Shown piece by piece: positions 26,638 to 39,301 of a stretch of 64,000 nucleotides of DNA; positions within the stretch are counted from its first letter, which is position 1, and every line of letters starts with the position of its first letter. The notes under the pieces are model-generated. The model did not search any database. It worked only from the letters and a program-made list of their open reading frames with translations, and was not told where the DNA came from. Location: positions 6,150,044 to 6,214,043 of the forward strand of contig NC_057752.1 of NCBI RefSeq assembly GCF_004010195.1, written 5' to 3'. The DNA comes from Chiloscyllium plagiosum (Eukaryota). A program made the translations under genes and the position numbers.

Positions 26638-28412
26638 TTTTGGAATTCTTCTCCCCAGAGAGCAGTGTAGGCAGTGTCATTGAAAATTTTTTAAAGCAGA
26701 GGTAGATGGATTCTTGGCTAACAAGGGAGTCAAAGGGTCTCCAGGCAGGCAATAAAGTGCAGTTGATCCAAAATCAGATTAGCCATGATTTTATTCAATT
26801 GTGGAGGGGCCAAATGGCCAATTTCTGCTCCAAATCCCTAACGTTTTATGTTTGCAAAGTACATTCCCAGGCTGGGGAGGCTGGAACTCAGGGTTACAGT
26901 CTCAAAATAAGGGGTCAGCATTTAGGATTAAGATGAGGAGAAATTTCTTCACTCAGAGAATTGTGCAGCTTTAGAGTTCTTTACCCCCGAGGGTTGTGGA
27001 TGCTCAATCATTAGGTACATACATGTCAGAGAGTGATAGATGTTTGGACACTAAGGAATATGGGGACAATGAAGGAACATGGAGTGGAAGTAGTTGATCA
27101 GCCAACAACAATAAACTAATATAACCTAAGAATCTAACAGCCGAATGTCAATTCAGCTCGCAAATTCAGTTCAGCCGTGGACAGAGTGTGTGCATTGCCT
27201 GCATAAGAAAGTATCTAAATCTTTAATTTGTGCAAAACTAATTTAGCTAAATTTAGATTGTAATTTGGAGTTGGCACTGAAATAAAATTTGTAGCTTAAA
27301 ATTCTGTAGTCATAAGCTTTAAGCAGGTTTATATCCAAATGATGCAGTGAAAGAGCAGCCTAAGTAAGAAACAGCCGAGTGAGATAGGGGCTTTGTGTTG
27401 GGAGCATACATCAGTAGTCAAATTAGTATGACTTAGCAGTTGAGTGTGATTTATGCTAGAGTGCTGGTGTTCAGCGGAGAAAGGAGAGACGTGTTTGGTC
27501 GCTTTTGCTTAACAAAGTAGCAGATTGGTAAGTAGAAGTGATGAGTATTTGTCATCTGATTTCAAATCAGCCATGATCTTACTGAACGGCGGAGCAGGTG
27601 CAAAGGGCCAAGTGGCCTATTCTTGTACCTTGTTCATGTGCTCATATGTTCTTTAACCAAAATGTAAGGTCTTTAGTTTGTGTTTTGGTTTCTCGTCTTT
27701 CTTACCCCTTTAAAAATAGCACTAGTATGTAAAATAAGGAAGTAAAAATATAATGAAGTGTTCCGAGTAGAGATTTATCGAAAGTAAAGAGCAGAAATTT
27801 AGAATGATTTTTATTCATAACTGAAATAAAATATGACAGACATGGCAGATTGAGATGATGTGTCACAGCTGCAGTATGTGGGGGCTGCTGGACACGAAGG
27901 TGATCCACCATGAATATCTCAGTAGCGTTTGCAGCTCAAACTTCAGATCCAAATTAAAGAGCTGGAATCCAAGCTGCAGGCATGAGGCTGCATCAGAGAG
28001 GGGAAAGGTTACTTGGAGCTTTGTTCCAGGAGGCAGTCACACTCCTTAGATTATGTACTTTAAACTTGGTTCTGTATTCAAGGACAGGGATTGTGATTGT
28101 GGGTGGAGCAGGTCTGAGAACCCTAGGAGCACCTCTCAACGACCTCTGTCCATGCAATTGTGCAACAGTTATGAGGCTCTTGCAAGTTATGGATGAGAGT
28201 GGGAACTGCAGGAAGGATAAGCAAAGTGACCATGATCCTATGGTACAGGAAGTCATTCAAATGTGGGAGGAAATAGGATTGTAGTTGTGGTATGAGACAG
28301 AAAAATTAAGTGAACACTGTTCTCTGCATTGTGAGTGGGACTCCTGAGGCTGTATTTCCTGCCTGGTGCCACGGGTAGGACATCTGTTCAAGTCTGGAGA
28401 GGAACCTGGATG

Positions 28413-28745
28413 ATCATAACATCCTAACAGTTTGGAAGCAGGCCATTGGCCCATCGAATCCACACTGACCCTCCGAAGAGCATCCCACCCAAACCCACCC
28501 TCGTAACCCTGTATTTACCACGGCTAATCCACCTAGCCTGGACACTATGGGCAATTTAGTTTGGTCAATCTGTTTGACCTGCACATCTTTGGATTGTGGG
28601 AGGAAACCAGAGCACCCGGAGGAAACCCATTCAGACACGGGGAAAATGTGAAAACTCCACACAGTCACCTGGTGCTGGAATCAAACCCGAGTCCCTGGCA
28701 CTGTGAGGCAGGGATACTAACCACTGAGCTACCATGCTACCCATA
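28413..28745 (-). mobile_element. HE1-type V-SINE nested in CR1 ORF1
   Basis: Reverse-complement tRNA head, V-domain and CR1-like tail. Confidence 0.8.
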
Positions 28746-29813
28746 CTGCCATGGGAGAGATCCAGTTGTTATTATCTACATAATAAAAACATTGATAGGA
28801 CTGGAAAGGAGGTTCTGCCAAACTGAAGAGCAGAACCTCCAAAATAATAATCTCAGGACTACCACCAGAGCCACAAGCGAACTGGCACAGAGTAAACAAG
28901 GTGAAGGAGTTAAGTGCATGCCATAAAGAGTGATGTGGCAGGAATGGGTTTCACTTCGTGGGGTACAGGCACCAGTACTGGGGTAGAAAGGAGCTGTTTC
29001 AGTCAGATGGGCTTGACTTGAACCATGCTGAGACCAATATCCTGGTGAATCAAATAATTACAGCTATAGGAGGGCTTTAAATGAATTAGAGGGAGGAGGC
29101 TTTAGGAGAATACGTAGACTTACAAAGTAAGAGGATATTGTCACACTGGAGGGCAACTATTTTAATAATAATAGGCAGAGTGGGACAGGAAAGGCCAGTG
29201 TGTGCAAATATTAAAAAGCAGCAGCAAATAGGGTAAAAGGGGGAGAAAAGAGTAAACAAATCAAATTAATGGCTCTTTAATTAAATGTGCATAGTATTCA
29301 GAATAAATTAAAAGTATTAGTGGCACAAATAGAGGTTAATGGGTATGATGTTGTAGCCATCACAGAGACATGGTTACAAGGAGATCAAAGCTAGAAACTA
29401 AACATTCAGGGATATGTGGCTTTTCAAAATGACAGGAAAAGAGAAAAGGGGGGTGGGTTAGCTTTGTTAGTACGAGATGGAATGAATAGGATAGCAAGAA
29501 ATAATCTATGATGGGATGATGTAGAAAAAATCAAGGGGAAGAAGACACTGGTGGGAGAAGTCTATCGGCTCCTAACTGTAGCTGTTCTGTAGGACAGAGG
29601 ATAAATCAGGAGATAATGAGGGCATATAAAAAAGGCAATACATTAGCCATGGGTGACTTTAATCTTCATATCAATTAAAACAATATTGGGAAAATGAAGA
29701 AGAATTCAGAGATTTTATTTGGGACATTGTCCTAGAACGTTACATTGTGGATCTAACCAGGGACCAGGCTATTTTAGATCTAGCAATGTGTAATGTTGTA
29801 GATTTAATGATCT

Positions 29814-30022
29814 GGGGTTGGTTAGCTTTGTTGGTTGGATGGCTGGTTTGTGATACAGAATGACGCCAATGGTATAGGTTCAGTTCCCGCACTGGCTGAT
29901 ATTATCATGAAGGACTCTCCTTCACAACCTCTCCCCTCACCTGAGACATGGTGACCTACTACCTCTGTCTCTCTCGACAGAGCAGCCCTATGATTCTCAG
30001 GACTCTGGCAACTTTACCTTTA
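29814..30022 (+). mobile_element. Second tRNA-derived SINE family, nested in CR1
   Basis: ggggttggttagct..ttggttgga...ggttcagttccc head; homologous to 54369-54584. Confidence 0.65.
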
Positions 30023-30446
30023 ACTTGAATAAATGATCTCAAAGTAACAGAATAACAGTGACCTGTGCTTAACATGGTAGAATTTAGCATTCAGTTTGCA
30101 AGTGGGATACCTGGGTCAGAAACAACTGTGCTAAACTTAAATTGGGCAATTACATTGGAATGAGGGCAGTGTTGGCTGTGATGGGTTGGGAAAGATGTTT
30201 AGCAGCAAACAGAGTTGAGGAACAATGGCAGACACTTAAGAAAATAATTCATAATGCCCAACAGAAATATCTCCAAGTGAAGAATAAGAAATTTAGGAAA
30301 TAGGATAAACTGACCCAAGTTAACAAAGGAAGTTAAGAATGGTATTAATTTGAAAGAAAAAAGCATACAATGTGGCAAAGAATAGTGGTAAGACAGAGAA
30401 TTGGGAAAGTTTTAGAAGTCAATAAAAGATGACCAAAAATAATAAA

Positions 30447-30655
30447 GTTAAAAATCACACAACACCAGGTTATAGTCCAACAGGTTTATTTGGAAGCACT
30501 AGCTTTCGGAGTGCTGCTCCTTCATCAGGTGGTTGTAGAGCAGAAGATCGTAAGGTCCGAAAGATAGTGCTTCCAAATGAACCTGTTGGACTATAACCTG
30601 GTGTTGTGTGATTTTTAACTTCGTACACCTCAGTCCAACACCGGCACCTCCAAAT
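30447..30655. mobile_element. Palindromic Penelope-type insertion, family P2, nested in CR1
   Basis: Inverted arms plus tail; TSD caaaaataataaa at 30434-30446 and 30656-30668. Confidence 0.85.
30500..30528 (-). ncRNA. Minimal hammerhead ribozyme motif (family P2)
   Basis: cac-CUGAUGA-a-ggag(cagca)cucc-GAAA-GC-UA-gug. Confidence 0.62.
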
Positions 30656-31704
30656 CAAAAATAATAAATGATGAGAAAATAAGCTTTTAAGGGCAAAACT
30701 AGCAAGTAATATAAGTAACAGTAAGAACTCCTTTAAATATATAAAAAGAGAGAAGCCAAAGTGAATAGAGGCCTCCTAGAAAATGAGGCTGGGGAAATAA
30801 TAACATATAGCTAGGAAATGGCAGAGGAGTTGAATAAATACCTTGCATGCTAGAGGACAATAATAGCACCCCAAAATTATTAAATAATCAAGGGTGCGTG
30901 TGTGAATTAAACAGAAAGTACAAGGGTTAAAAGGCCCTAAGTCCCCTGGACCTGATGAGTTGTACCTTAGGATTTTTAGGAAGTACCAACACATCCACTG
31001 GATGCACTGGTAATCATCTTCAAGGAAGCCTTAGATTCTGGAAAAGTCCTAGAGGTTTTGAAAACCACCAATGTAACACACTTATTCAAAAAGGGTGAGA
31101 AACTAAAAGAACAGGAAAGATGCAATAGCAGAGCATTTAGAAATACATAATCCAATCAAGTAAAGATAGCTTCAATTAGGGGGAAATCATGAAAAAAATC
31201 ATTCGAGTGCTTTGAGAAGGTAACAAGTAGGATGGATAAGAAGAAACAGACCATGTAATTTATTTGGATTTCCAAAAGGCACTTGATAAGATCCAACACA
31301 AAAGAGTACTTAATCAGAACCGATTATGTTGAGGGTAGTATATTAACATGGATAGAGGCTTGGCTAACAAATAGAAAACAAAGAGTTGGGATAAGGGGAG
31401 GCATTTTCAGGGTAGCAACCCGTAACAAGTAGAGTGGAATCAATGTTGGGGTCACAATTATTTACAATATATCTGAATGACTTGGGTGAGAAAAGTCAAT
31501 GCATAACAGTCAAGTTTGTGGATGATGCAAAAATTGGTGTGAAGGCAACATAATGAGGATGACATAATGAGTCTGCACAGGGATACAGACAGGTTGACTG
31601 GGTGGGTGAAAATTTCGTAGTTAGAATATAATGTGGAAAAATGTAAGGCTATGCAGTTTGGCAGGAAGAATAGAAGACTGAATATTACTTAAATGGAGAA
31701 AGAC

Positions 31705-33061
31705 CACTGCCAGAACCCCATTGTCATTAGTACAGTCAGGGCTTGGAGGGAAAGGCGTCAGAGTGAGCGTTGTTTATCCAAGACTTCGCTACTTACACCT
31801 ATAGTTGGCATGACAGGGATGATGGACTCAGGGTTCAAACTATGGGCAGCGAGAGGAGTTTCTAGTTTGGGAGACTTGTTTGAGGGGGAGGTTATGATGT
31901 CTTTTGAGCAACTGAGCTGCAAATACGGGTTACCCAGCAGAGATCTTTTCCGTTTTTTTCAGGTTAGGGATTTCATCCAGAAGACGACTACGCTTCTCAC
32001 TAAGCCCTATAAGCCCGATACAGAGAGGTTGTTGCTACGTTCCACAAGCACCCTTTCGGTTAGTGCCCTCTATCGCCTGCTGGGTGGCAGGGCCTGGCAG
32101 GATATTAACCGGTTATGTGAGGTCTGGGAGCAAGAGTTAGGAGTGGAGATCTCTTTTGAAACATGGGAGAACATATGGGAGAATACTCGAAAGATCTCAA
32201 TCTGTAATAGGACATACGCTATGCAGTTAAAAGTTCTGCACAGGGCTCAGCTGGCACCAGACCGTCTGGCGAAGTTTAAAAAAGGGGCATCTTCAGTGTG
32301 CCCCAAATGTAAACTAAGTGTAGGTACTCTTACCCATTGCTTCTGGACATGCCACAGGCTCTGTGTTTACTGGAGCACTGCGGTGAGAGAGATAGGGAGG
32401 GTATTGGGGACTGAAGTCAAAGTAGACCCGATATCTCTCCTCTTAAGTTTACCGAATTTACCATCTTTAGATGGGCATGGGGAGAAACTATTTAATATTC
32501 TTGCATACTGTGCACAGAAGAATATTCTGATGAATTGGGTGTCTGAGAACCTGCTGGGCTTGCTGGGATGGCAGAAATTAATTATGGAGCACATTCCCTT
32601 GGACCTTTTTACAAACATGGTGCACCACACAACAGACAATCTTTAAAGGACATGGCAGCCCTACTTGAGTTATTTGGAAACAGATTTGTCAGTTGTCTTA
32701 ACTAGGGCATTTGTTTAACCAGGATGGTCAGATTTGTCAAGCCCTGGGCCCTGGAGGGGGTCTCCTGAGTTAATACAGGCATATATACAATGCTCCCGTT
32801 CCTCTGTTTGGGAGCTTTGCACTGAGCATAGCTGTTCTGTATTCTGTGTTTTTTTTGATTTTCTTTCTTTTTTTCGGTGTTGCTTTGCACAGTGTTCGGG
32901 TTTGTTTTGTATTAGAGGATAGGTTAATAGGAGACAGTCGTTGTATTGTTTTTGTGTTTGTTTTCTTTTTATTATACTGATATTTGTTATTGATTGTATT
33001 TTTCAATAATTTTATATGTTTGTAAAGTTAAAAAAATTGCTAATAAATATATTTACAAAAA
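31705..33061 (+). mobile_element. 5'-truncated L1-clade LINE (ORF2 C-terminus with CCHC zinc finger, 3'UTR, polyA)
   Basis: SFEQL..KYGLP..DLFRFFQVRDFI and CPKC..GTLTHCFWTC; AATAAA at 33042-33047; A-tail; TSD aaatggagaaagac at 31691-31704 and 33062-33075. Confidence 0.92.
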
Positions 33062-33305
33062 AAATGGAGAAAGACTGCAGAAAGCTATGGAACAGAGGGA
33101 TTTGGGAGCCCTCATGCATGAATCACAAAAAGCTAGCATCCGAGTTTATTAGGAAATAGGGCAAGTGGGATGTTGGCCTTTATTTCAAAGGGAATGGAGT
33201 ATAAAAATGGAGAGAGCTTGCTAAAACTATACAAGGCATGAGTCAGATCACATCTGGAATATGGTAAGCAGTTTTGGTCTCTTTATCCAAGGAAAGATAT
33301 GCTGG

Positions 33306-33390
33306 ATCAAAAACAGAAATACCGGGAGAAACTTAGTAGGTCTGGCAGGATCAGTGGACAGAAAGCAGAATCAACATTTCAGGTCCATTG
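33306..33390 (-). mobile_element. Penelope-type terminal fragment (P1-related, old) nested in CR1
   Basis: aaaaacagaaata..ggagaaactt agtaggtctggcag..gaaagcagaatcaacatttcagg resembles the arm at 51991-52090. Confidence 0.55.
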
Positions 33391-34683
33391 GAGACTGTCC
33401 AGAGACGGTTCACAAGGCTGATACCAGCTTTGGAGGGATTTCCTTCTGAGAAGAGGATGAATAGATTGAGCTTGTACTCATTGGAATTTAAAAGAATGAG
33501 AGGGTTGAAACATTTTATATTCTTAGGGGGACTGACAGGATAGTTGCAGAGAGGTTGTTTCCCTTGTGGGAGAGTCTAGGACCTGAGGGCATCAACTCAT
33601 TGTAAGAGGTTACCCATTTAAGGCAGAGATGAGGAGGCTGGGTCGCTAAGTGCATTCAAAGCTGAGATACATAGATTTTTAATTAGTAAGGGAATCAAGT
33701 GTTACAGGGAAAAAGGTAGGAAAATGGTGTTGAAGATTATCAGATCAGCCATGATCTCAATGAACAACAGAACAGACTCGATGGGCTGAATGGCCTACTT
33801 CTACCCCTATATCGTATGGTCTTCCAACCTGTTCCTATTTTCTATGTTTTTGTACTTAGCCGAACATGTGTTGGTTCTCTGCTGAATCAATACAAAACCA
33901 ATCCTATTGCCCTTAAACCGTGTACTTTGATTTGCTTCAAGGATTAATCCATCAAGAATGTCAACTGATGAATGGCTGAGGACAAAGTTCTTATATGCAA
34001 GAGGTGAAAAGTGAGAGGCCAGTAGTTCGAATTGTGAGAAAGCTGAAGGAACTGTTTCAAGAACTGGAAGCATTGGGATTTTTGCTGCCTCACTGAAGGG
34101 CAAGAAGGTGATTCAGAAAGTGCCCTGGGAAAGGAAGGGAGGGGGCAAGATCTGCAGATGTGGGATTGGAAATAAGTGGAAGCTTGTCGAGAGCAAACAG
34201 CAGTAAAACGATGGTAAATGTTTCATACTGCAGTGAGTTGACCCTGCTGTGAGCTTTGCTGGCCTGTTAAGGGAAAATAAGAAAAGAATTTTCCAAAGTT
34301 CAGGAGGTCATGAGATTGAAACAGTTCTCGTGAGCTGAATAAACACAGCAGCAAGCAGCTGAAGATTTGATAACATGGTAGATTTAAATGCAGAACAACT
34401 TCCTGTTTTCCAGAATATATGCATATTGACACTGTAAAGCACTACTGACAACACAGAAAGTGGTCTGAATTTCTTACCTTAGGACAGTTTGGTGGCAGTG
34501 GTCTTCTGGTATGTGTTAAAGTGGACAGTATTTAAATCTCAAGGATTGTGCTGAGCCCCATCCACATTACTATATCACTGAGAGGTTACTTAAGGGCTGC
34601 TGAAATGTTGTCATATGAGGAGAAATCTTCTCATGCTACAAAGGACTTGAAGAGATTTGGACTAGACTGTGTGGAATCCGCAA

Positions 34684-34976
34684 AGTTAAAAATCACACAA
34701 CGCCAGGTTATAGTCCAACAGATTTATTTGGAAGCACTAGCTTTTGGAGCACTGCTGCTTCATCAGGTGGTTGTGGAGTATAAGATCGTAGGACACAGAA
34801 TTTATATTATCTTTGCTATAAATTCTGTGTCCTATGATCGGAGACTCCACAACCATCTGATGAAGGAGCAGCACTCCGAAAGCTTGTGCTTCCAAATAAA
34901 CCTGTCGGACTGTAACCTGGTGTTGTATGATTTTTAACTTTGTACACCCCAGTCCAACACTGGCACCTCCAAATCA
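34684..34976. mobile_element. Palindromic Penelope-type insertion, family P2 (~125-bp arms)
   Basis: Arms extend to gacacagaatttata / tataaattctgtgtc; TSD tggaatcc(g/a)caa at 34672-34683 and 34977-34988; plus-strand CTGATGA..GAAAGCTT at 34857-34885. Confidence 0.85.
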
Positions 34977-35799
34977 TGGAATCCACAAGTAACTCATCAG
35001 AGTTTAATACTTTTCACATCATTTTTCTTCTTCACAAACTCACCAAACTGGCATCTCTGCTTCCAGTAAGCCCACTCCCAGGAGGATGTCAGTATCTACA
35101 GTACGGTCAGCAGCTGCTGGGGGTGGGGGCAAGAGGAGGAGCCATTTGGAGTCTCTCCTTCCTCTTAACAGAAGTGACATCCTGCAGCTTCCACTTGGCT
35201 CCCTTTCCACGACTGGGACTCAGTTAGACAGGAATTCAACCCGTGCTGTACCTCACTCCATGACTCTGACAAATAAGAGCCAGCTAAGAGCTGTTCTGCT
35301 CAACGAAGGGGTATGAACCCCAATGAGTTTATTCAACATATGCCATTATTTCCCAACCTTGTCACAAATTGCCCTTGCTCTTGTCCAGTCAAACTCTCAT
35401 TGCTCAATTCCTGCACACTGCTCAAACTCAAAACTACAGGTGGCAGTGCAGTGGCATGAGCAGAGCTTCCCAGGGTTCACGCTTGTGATATTGCCATGCG
35501 TAGTCAATGTATCCTTGCTTGGGATTGGAAAAAGATTCGCTGATGACAGTTTCAGGAAAGGGAGAACCTGGCTCCTCCCCCAAACTGTGACAAAATGGCA
35601 GCCTGGAGACAAGCACTTCAGTCAGTGCCCATTTACACTTGCCAACATTGTCACCCAAAATAGGAAATAAAATCCTCTCATGAAGGCCTGTGGACAGCAG
35701 CCTTTGCAGGATGCATTCTTGGAATGAGAAGATTGCTGGCAACCTGAGGATTTTTAAATCATTCTTGTTGCCCCTGAGGTGGTGAACTGTGCCATGTTA

Positions 35800-36370
35800 T
35801 TTATATAACAAATGCTATCCTGGGCTTTATAGGTAAACACAAGAAAGTTATGGTGAAACTTTAAAAGCTACTGGTTTGGTGTCACGTTCTGGGCCTCATA
35901 CTTTATGAAGGTTATGAGGACCTTAGATATGGTTCTGAAAATATACATGAGAATGAGGTCAGCAACGAGGAGTTTTGGTTATGTGGTTAGATTGGAGAAG
36001 CTGGGATTGTTCTCCCTAGAGAAGAGAAGATTGAGGGATGATTTGACAGTGGTGTTCAAAATCTTGAAAATCTGGACAGAATAGATCGGGAGAAACTGAT
36101 CCAATTTGCAAAAGGATTGAGACCAAGAGGACAATGGTTTAAGGTGGTTGGCAAAAGAAGCAACGGCAGGATGAGGCAATACATTTTCTGCAGCAATGGT
36201 GAGAGTGTTTTGGAGGAAGATTCAATCGGGACTTTCAAAAGAGAAGTGGTTCATTATCTGAAGAGAAAAGAAAAATGTAAGGCTATCTGGAAAAGGTGGC
36301 AGTGTGGGAATGGATGGGTTGTTCTTGCAGACATGGACTCAATGGGCTGAGGAGCCTCCTTCTTTGCTAT
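35800..36370 (+). mobile_element. Old CR1 3' fragment
   Basis: LGLFSLEKRRLRDDL..VFKILK motif; CR1-like tail. Confidence 0.75.
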
Positions 36371-38399
36371 TACTGTCAAGTCAGTTTTGAATATGAACAG
36401 GGTACGGAGCAGCGGTTTGAGAGCTGTTTCTGATATTTGTTTTCCTTTTAATGAAACTTGTATTTATCTTGTTTTAAATGTTTGCCAGTATAAACATGCT
36501 TTTAATGTCACCACCAATGATACTGTACTTTGAAGTTGCAAAGTGGATGAGTCACATGACATGGGGGGGGTTGAGTGTTGTTTTTTTGCTGGAATTGCCA
36601 GCCGTTTTATTTTGAAGTTTGTGCTCTCTTACTTTCATAGCTCAACTACCCAGAAAATGGAAACAGGTCACAAACAGCAAAACTTTGCCAATTTAAGTGC
36701 TTTGGTCAGATCTGGATAGCTCAGAACAGTTAAGGTATATGTGGGGCCTGGAGGAACCATCGCTTTACTGGCTTCGGTGCAATATTCACATCAGAGGCTG
36801 GCTTAGTCACATCCTCTGAAACCAGTGTTGAGCCAAAGGAAAGCTTTCTTTTAAATAATAAAATTAAGAAAAACAAAAAAGATTGCTCCGACGTCCAAAA
36901 TGAAGAGCCAGGCATCAAAGTGAAAGCAAAAACCATTTTTAAACTTAATGGGATTGAGAAGAGAAAAGTATAAGTAGGTAAAGTCAATAAGGGAATTCAG
37001 GAGAAACCTCTTTACTCAGAGAGTGGCGAAAATGTAGAACTCACCTTCACAGGGAGTTTCTGAGGTGGATAACTTGGAATCAGGGGAAGCTGAATAAAAA
37101 AATGAAGGAGAAAGGAACAGAAGAAAACATTGATATGATTAGATCAAATAGGGTAGGTGGATGCTTGTGTGAGGCATGGCCATTGCCCTGTTGACCTGTT
37201 TCTGCGTCGTAACTTGATGCAACATGATGTCTTTCTCCCTCTCCGCAGTCTGGACTCAATTGGAAAAATGGGAATCACAAACAAGAGGCCATGGTCTGTC
37301 TCGCGAATGGTTCTTCTTGCTCACAATCAGAATGAACAATCAAAAGGCACATTCTGAATTTTTAACTGGACACAAAAAAAACTGTTCCAGTCTCTTCCAT
37401 ACACCTCCGAACAAGCCAGCTTTACATTGGTATATGAGCCATTGCATCATTCTCATCTGCTGTTAGTTTGAGCATTGCCGATGTTCTGTTTAAAATGCCC
37501 ACTAAAAGAGGGTAAAGGACAGGAAGAATATCTTAATACAACCACAAGAATTGTGGCATTAGGGGGCCATTTGGGCCCTCTAGCCTGTTCTGTCTTTTTG
37601 TAAAAGATATGATTGTGGCCTCAACTGCACATTCCTATTTACTCCCAATGACTCCCTCGTCTATCAAGAATCTATCATGCTCTGTCTTAGAAGTACACAA
37701 TGACCCAGCCTCTCCATCTCTCTCTGAGGAAGAGAATTGAGACAAACCACCCTCTCTGCGGAAAACAGTCTCATCATCTGTCTTAAATGGGAAACCCCTT
37801 ATTTTTGGATTGTCTCCTGTTTTCTGTCTCTCCCACAAGACGAAAGATCCTTTCAATATCCACTCTGTCAAGTTCCATCAGGATTTATCTGTTTCAATAA
37901 GCTTTCCTCACAAACTTTGTTTCCTCTCATTCTTCTAATGGAGTGATTCTTCATAATTCAATGTGGCTGCCTTAGAGGTGAAGATGTGGCCAGAGATGTC
38001 ACCTGGTCATGACAGGACAGGCCGCAAGAAACGTCTGCACGTACATCGATGATGTCAGTGTGTGTTGTGCATGGTGGCATCATTACCAGTGCACATATGG
38101 CTGAGGAAGAATTGAGGTGGTGAGATGAAGGCTTTGGCCCAGCTGGACAAAGGCCAGATGTGAGTAAGGTGAGGGAGGCCTGCACCAGGAGCTAGCCTCC
38201 TTTTTGCCTGGGGTTAATGGGGAGCCTGGGGTAAGATTGGGAGGCTGCAGGGGTCGTGTGACAGAAAGGCAGGCTGCTAGGAGAAAACAAGAATAGAATT
38301 CTCTCTTTTTTTTTCAGTCATGTGGGTGGCTTTATTTTACATGCAGGATACACCATCTTTAGACAGGTGGCTACTTCTTGTTGCTTGAGAATGACATAA

Positions 38400-38890
38400 G
38401 TTCTCTTTCTGCTCTGTGCCACCTAGAGGAAGTGTACATAGGATACTCAGGTTCTTTCTAAACTCCAATATGCCCAGCCTGTCCAACCTTTCCTCAAAGA
38501 TAGTCACTCACTGCAGGTATCAGATGAGTGAACCTTCCCTGAACTGCTTCTAAGGCATTTATATCCTTTCTTAAATAAAGAAACCAAAACTGTGTGTAGT
38601 ATTACAGGTGTCATCTCAACAATTCTCTGTACAACTGTAGCAAAGCATGCCCACTGTGAAATTCAATTCCTCTTGCAATAAACAACAATATTCCATTTTC
38701 CTTCCTACTCATTTGCTGTACTTGCATTCTGAATTTCTGTGATTCATGTACCAGGACACCCGGATCCCTCAGTGTCTTCAAGGTTTTGCAATCTCACTCT
38801 ATTTAAACAATGTGCTTTTCTATTCTTTCGACCTAAATGTACAAGCTCACACTTTCCCACATTATACTCCCTGCCAAATGTCTGCTGTTC
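38400..38890 (-). mobile_element. Old CR1 RT fragment
   Basis: Minus strand YNVGKCELVHLGRKNR motif. Confidence 0.65.
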
Positions 38891-39188
38891 ACTTTAGCTG
38901 GCAGCTCTCCCTGTTTAGCTCTATGCTTTCGTTCACCACCCCCCCCCCCCTTACACACTCTGGTTGGCCAGCGTGCAGCCAGATCAGGTATGTAACCTTC
39001 TTTATGTTGGTGCTTCTGGTGCAACTGCATGTTGTTGGCCTTTCCATGAAGAGCCATATTAAGTTGGATTTTGACTCACTGAAGTGAATGGGGAGGGGAA
39101 TGGGGAGGCAGTGTTGGTAGCCTGACAATTAAAATAATCAGTACAGTATGGAGATGCACTTGAGTACAACCTGGCTGAATGCAATTAC

Positions 39189-39301
39189 CTCCATGAGGCT
39201 CGAAGCTCGGAATAGCAGGGATAACGACATGATGGAGGAACAGTGGCATGCTGTTCATTTTGATTGCTCCAGACAACAGGCCGCTGAAGTAATAAATGTA
39301 C
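39189..39301 (-). CDS. TNS2: Tensin-2-like exon [37 protein letters not shown] (PTP-C2 junction)
   Basis: ttcctccccag|G...GAG|gtaatt, 113 nt, phase 2/1. Confidence 0.95.

Larger units (their letters stand above)
27330..33830 (+). mobile_element. Near-full-length decayed CR1 LINE (ORF1, APE and RT remnants) with five nested insertions
   Basis: ORF1-like MCHSCSMW near 27858; APE GYDVVAITETWL near 29341; RT PGPD, IYLDFQKALDK and SKFVDD-like motifs; 3' end gatgggctgaatggcctacttctac; 5' boundary uncertain. Confidence 0.82.

Noticed and set aside
31693..32646. 317-aa ORF as a host gene
   Set aside because: It is the C-terminus of an L1 ORF2 bounded by a TSD and polyA tail; the ATG is in the target site
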